A stretch of DNA of 63,641 nucleotides, the filler included, from Octopus bimaculoides (Eukaryota): the NCBI RefSeq assembly GCF_001194135.2. It is 5 parts of 4 records of this genome, joined end to end, with 100 filler letters (N's around TTAATTAATTAA, not from the genome) between each part and the next. Parts side by side here need not be neighbours in the genome. Positions count along the whole stretch, not along the records: positions 58,136 to 63,641 come from NC_068983.1; 4 more parts are not named here. One strand, written 5' to 3'. The notes beneath the pieces are model-generated. The model saw only the letters and a program-made list of their open reading frames with translations, was not told the origin of the DNA and did no database searches. Within the stretch, counting starts at the first letter, position 1. Each line of letters begins with the position of its first letter. Shown here one piece after another: positions 60,951 through 63,641 of the stretch. Made by a program: the position numbers and the translations under genes.

Positions 60951-61614
60951 TGATGATGATGATATGTGTGTGTGTGTGTGTACACACACATATATACATA
61001 TACGTGTATGTATAGATATATGTTTATACATATGTATACATGTTTCAACATACATACATGCAATAATGTGTGTGCATGTATACACAGACATACACACAGA
61101 TATATATATATGCATATGATCTTTCTTAAATTCTAGTCTGTCTGTTTGTTTGTTATTATTAAAGAATGTCTGCAAGACAGCTTAAGCTGAACATATTGTC
61201 TTTTTGATTTTCTAAACTCTCTCCTCTCTCCTTTCTAGACGCCTCTGTATCATATTACTGAAGACAGTTAAATAAAAATCTCTGTTCACAATGAGATGAA
61301 TCACCAGCCTTCATTCACTCAATGAAAGACAGTGTTTTCATTATAAGCCTCTTCCAAAAGCTAAAGGTATTATACGATATATATCTATGACAGCATATTT
61401 AAAAACTTTAGAATTGGATCTTTGATCGAATGTTTGCCCTCAATAACATGACGCTACGAAAACAACAAACGATTTGGTTGTTTATGTTGTTACTTACTAA
61501 TGATAGCATAAAAATATGATTTTACATGTCCACTTGCCAACCATAGAAGTCTATCGAAAGCAGCAATATTGAATATCAGAAACAAAGTTAACAAATCTAA
61601 AAGCCATTATACGC

Positions 61615-62775
61615 TTACTCTTTTACTTGTTTCAGTCAGTTGACTGCAGCCATGCTGGAACACCGCCTTTTAGTCGAGAAAATCGACCTCAGGACTTATT
61701 CTTTGGATGCCTAGTACTTATTCTATCGGACTCTTTTGCCGAACCGCTAAGTTACGGTTGTCAAGCGATGTTGGGGGGACAAACACAGACACACAAATAC
61801 ATATATACCTGGGAAGAAAGACTGGGTGAGAAAAATCTTCAAACAGACACACAAACACACACACATATATATATACATATACAACGGTCTTCTTTCAGTT
61901 TCCGTCTACCAAATCCANNNNNNNNNNNNNNNNNNNNNNNNNNNNNNNNNNNNNNNNNNNNNNNNNNNNNNNNNNNNNNNNNNNNNNNNNNNNNNNNNNN
62001 NNNNNNNNNNNNNNNNNNNNNNNNNNNNNNNNNNNNNNNNNNNNNNNNNNNNNNNNNNNNNNNNNNNNNNNNNNNNNNNNNNNNNNNNNNNNNNNNNNNN
62101 NNNNNNNNNNNNNNNNNNNNNNNNNNNNNNNNNNNNNNNNNNNNNNNNNNNNNNNNNNNNNNNNNNNNNNNNNNNNNNNNNNNNNNNNNNNNNNNNNNNN
62201 NNNNNNNNNNNNNNNNNNNNNNNNNNNNNNNNNNNNNNNNNNNNNNNNNNNNNNNNNNNNNNNNNNNNNNNNNNNNNNNNNNNNNNNNNNNNNNNNNNNN
62301 NNNNNNNNNNNNNNNNNNNNNNNNNNNNNNNNNNNNNNNNNNNNNNNNNNNNNNNNNNNNNNNNNNNNNNNNNNNNNNNNNNNNNNNNNNNNNNNNNNNN
62401 NNNNNNNNNNNNNNNNNNNNNNNNNNNNNNNNNNNNNNNNNNNNNNNNNNNNNNNNNNNNNNNNNNNNNNNNNNNNNNNNNNNNNNNNNNNNNNNNNNNN
62501 NNNNNNNNNNNNNNNNNNNNNNNNNNNNNNNNNNNNNNNNNNNNNTGTGTGTGTGTGTGTGTATTTGTGTGTCTGTGATTATCCCCCACCACCATCACTT
62601 GACAACCAATGTTGGTGTGTTTACGCCCCTGTCACTTAGCGGTTCGGCAAAAATGACCAATAGAATAAGTACTAGGCTTACAAAGAATAAGGACTTGGGG
62701 TTGATTTGTTCGACTAAAGGTGGTGCTCCAGCATGGCCGCAGTCAAATGACTGGAACAAGTAAAAGAATAAAAGA
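61615..62775. mobile_element. Head-to-head SINE family B pair flanking an N gap
   Basis: Minus copy 61615-61917 and plus copy 62545-62775; both 5' heads are missing, in the gap. Confidence 0.8.
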
Positions 62776-62966
62776 ATATAAATTTACTTATGCCATTGGT
62801 TTCTTGATCTCATTCTTTTTTATATATACACACGCTAATACACGACCCATGCTATATTCCCCATTTTTGTTACAACCACATCTGGGGCAAAACTAGTCAG
62901 TATACAGCACTTAGTCGGTAGTACCTGTATCTTTAGGGTCCGGTTGACTCCATTACTCTTCATAAC

Positions 62967-63012
<46 letters not shown>

Positions 63013-63427
63013 TCCGATCATTGTATTTCATTATGGAAGTATTTGATTGAAAAGCACAAGGTGAGATGGGTGAATTGATTGATCTCATGTATATGTGTGT
63101 GAATGTATCTATGTATATCTATGTATATGCATGTATAAACATAATTAAGGGATCAGCAACAGTTGCTTCACCACATACCGAAGTTCAGAAATAGCAGCTA
63201 AAGTGCTGAAACTCCAACAGATAGCAGTACTTGTAACTCACAAAGGTAAAACAAGAAGAAAAAATAACGAACCTAACCAGTCGTAGTTAATCATAGATGC
63301 ATTTCTGGCTTAGAAAAGACAAACTTTTCATTTCCTCATCAGTATGATATTCCAGTTGCAAATTCGACGATGCTAGCAATTGTGCATGCACGACCGAGCG
63401 ACATCGCGCATCAGCACAACCCTTTTA

Positions 63428-63641
63428 TCTATATATATAAAAATGAGAATGTGTGTCTGTCTGTCTGTCTGTCTGTGTGAATCCCTAAAACTCGAGAACT
63501 ACACAACCAATTTCATTCAAATTTTACACATGCCTTACTTAGGGTTCCAGTTGTGTTTTAGTCAAAAAAAATTTTTAACTTCTTGCAGAGTTCGAGCACA
63601 CGGCAACATAATATCTCTTCCACTATTTAAGTATTACGTGT
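63428..63641 (+). mobile_element. Non-autonomous Helitron-like 5' end
   Basis: A|TCTATATATATAAAAATG..(TGTC)n..ACCAATTTCATTCAAATTT is the usual architecture of invertebrate non-autonomous Helitron 5' ends; the 3' end lies outside the window. Confidence 0.55.

Overview
AT-rich, microsatellite-saturated eukaryotic genomic DNA with many N gaps. It is most consistent with a coleoid cephalopod, probably Octopus; this is inferred from the tRNA-derived SINE families, not from a database hit. The window is not one contiguous locus: four identical 100-bp linkers (44 N + TTAATTAATTAA + 44 N) split it into five segments (1-15338, 15439-25977, 26078-32928, 33029-58035, 58136-63641). No recognisable host gene, rRNA, true tRNA or CRISPR array is present, and most listed ORFs are microsatellite or N-gap artefacts. 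Supported content: three degenerate R4/Dong-type LINEs (one with its RT core deleted), CR1/Jockey-type RT relics, an uninterrupted Penelope-like GIY-YIG fragment, at least four SINE families (with TSDs, nesting and a recurring heterodimer), MITE/hAT/Helitron ends and a possible DIRS relic. The two leading leads are (i) minimal type-I hammerhead ribozyme motifs of the Penelope/retrozyme kind at 22155-22191 and 55184-55221, plus relics, and (ii) a phase-consistent chain of small exons at 34.9-50.9 kb. That chain gives an unrecognised 85-aa ORF whose upstream signal-peptide-like exons are blocked by one TAG and one TAA. All coordinates and translations were done by eye.
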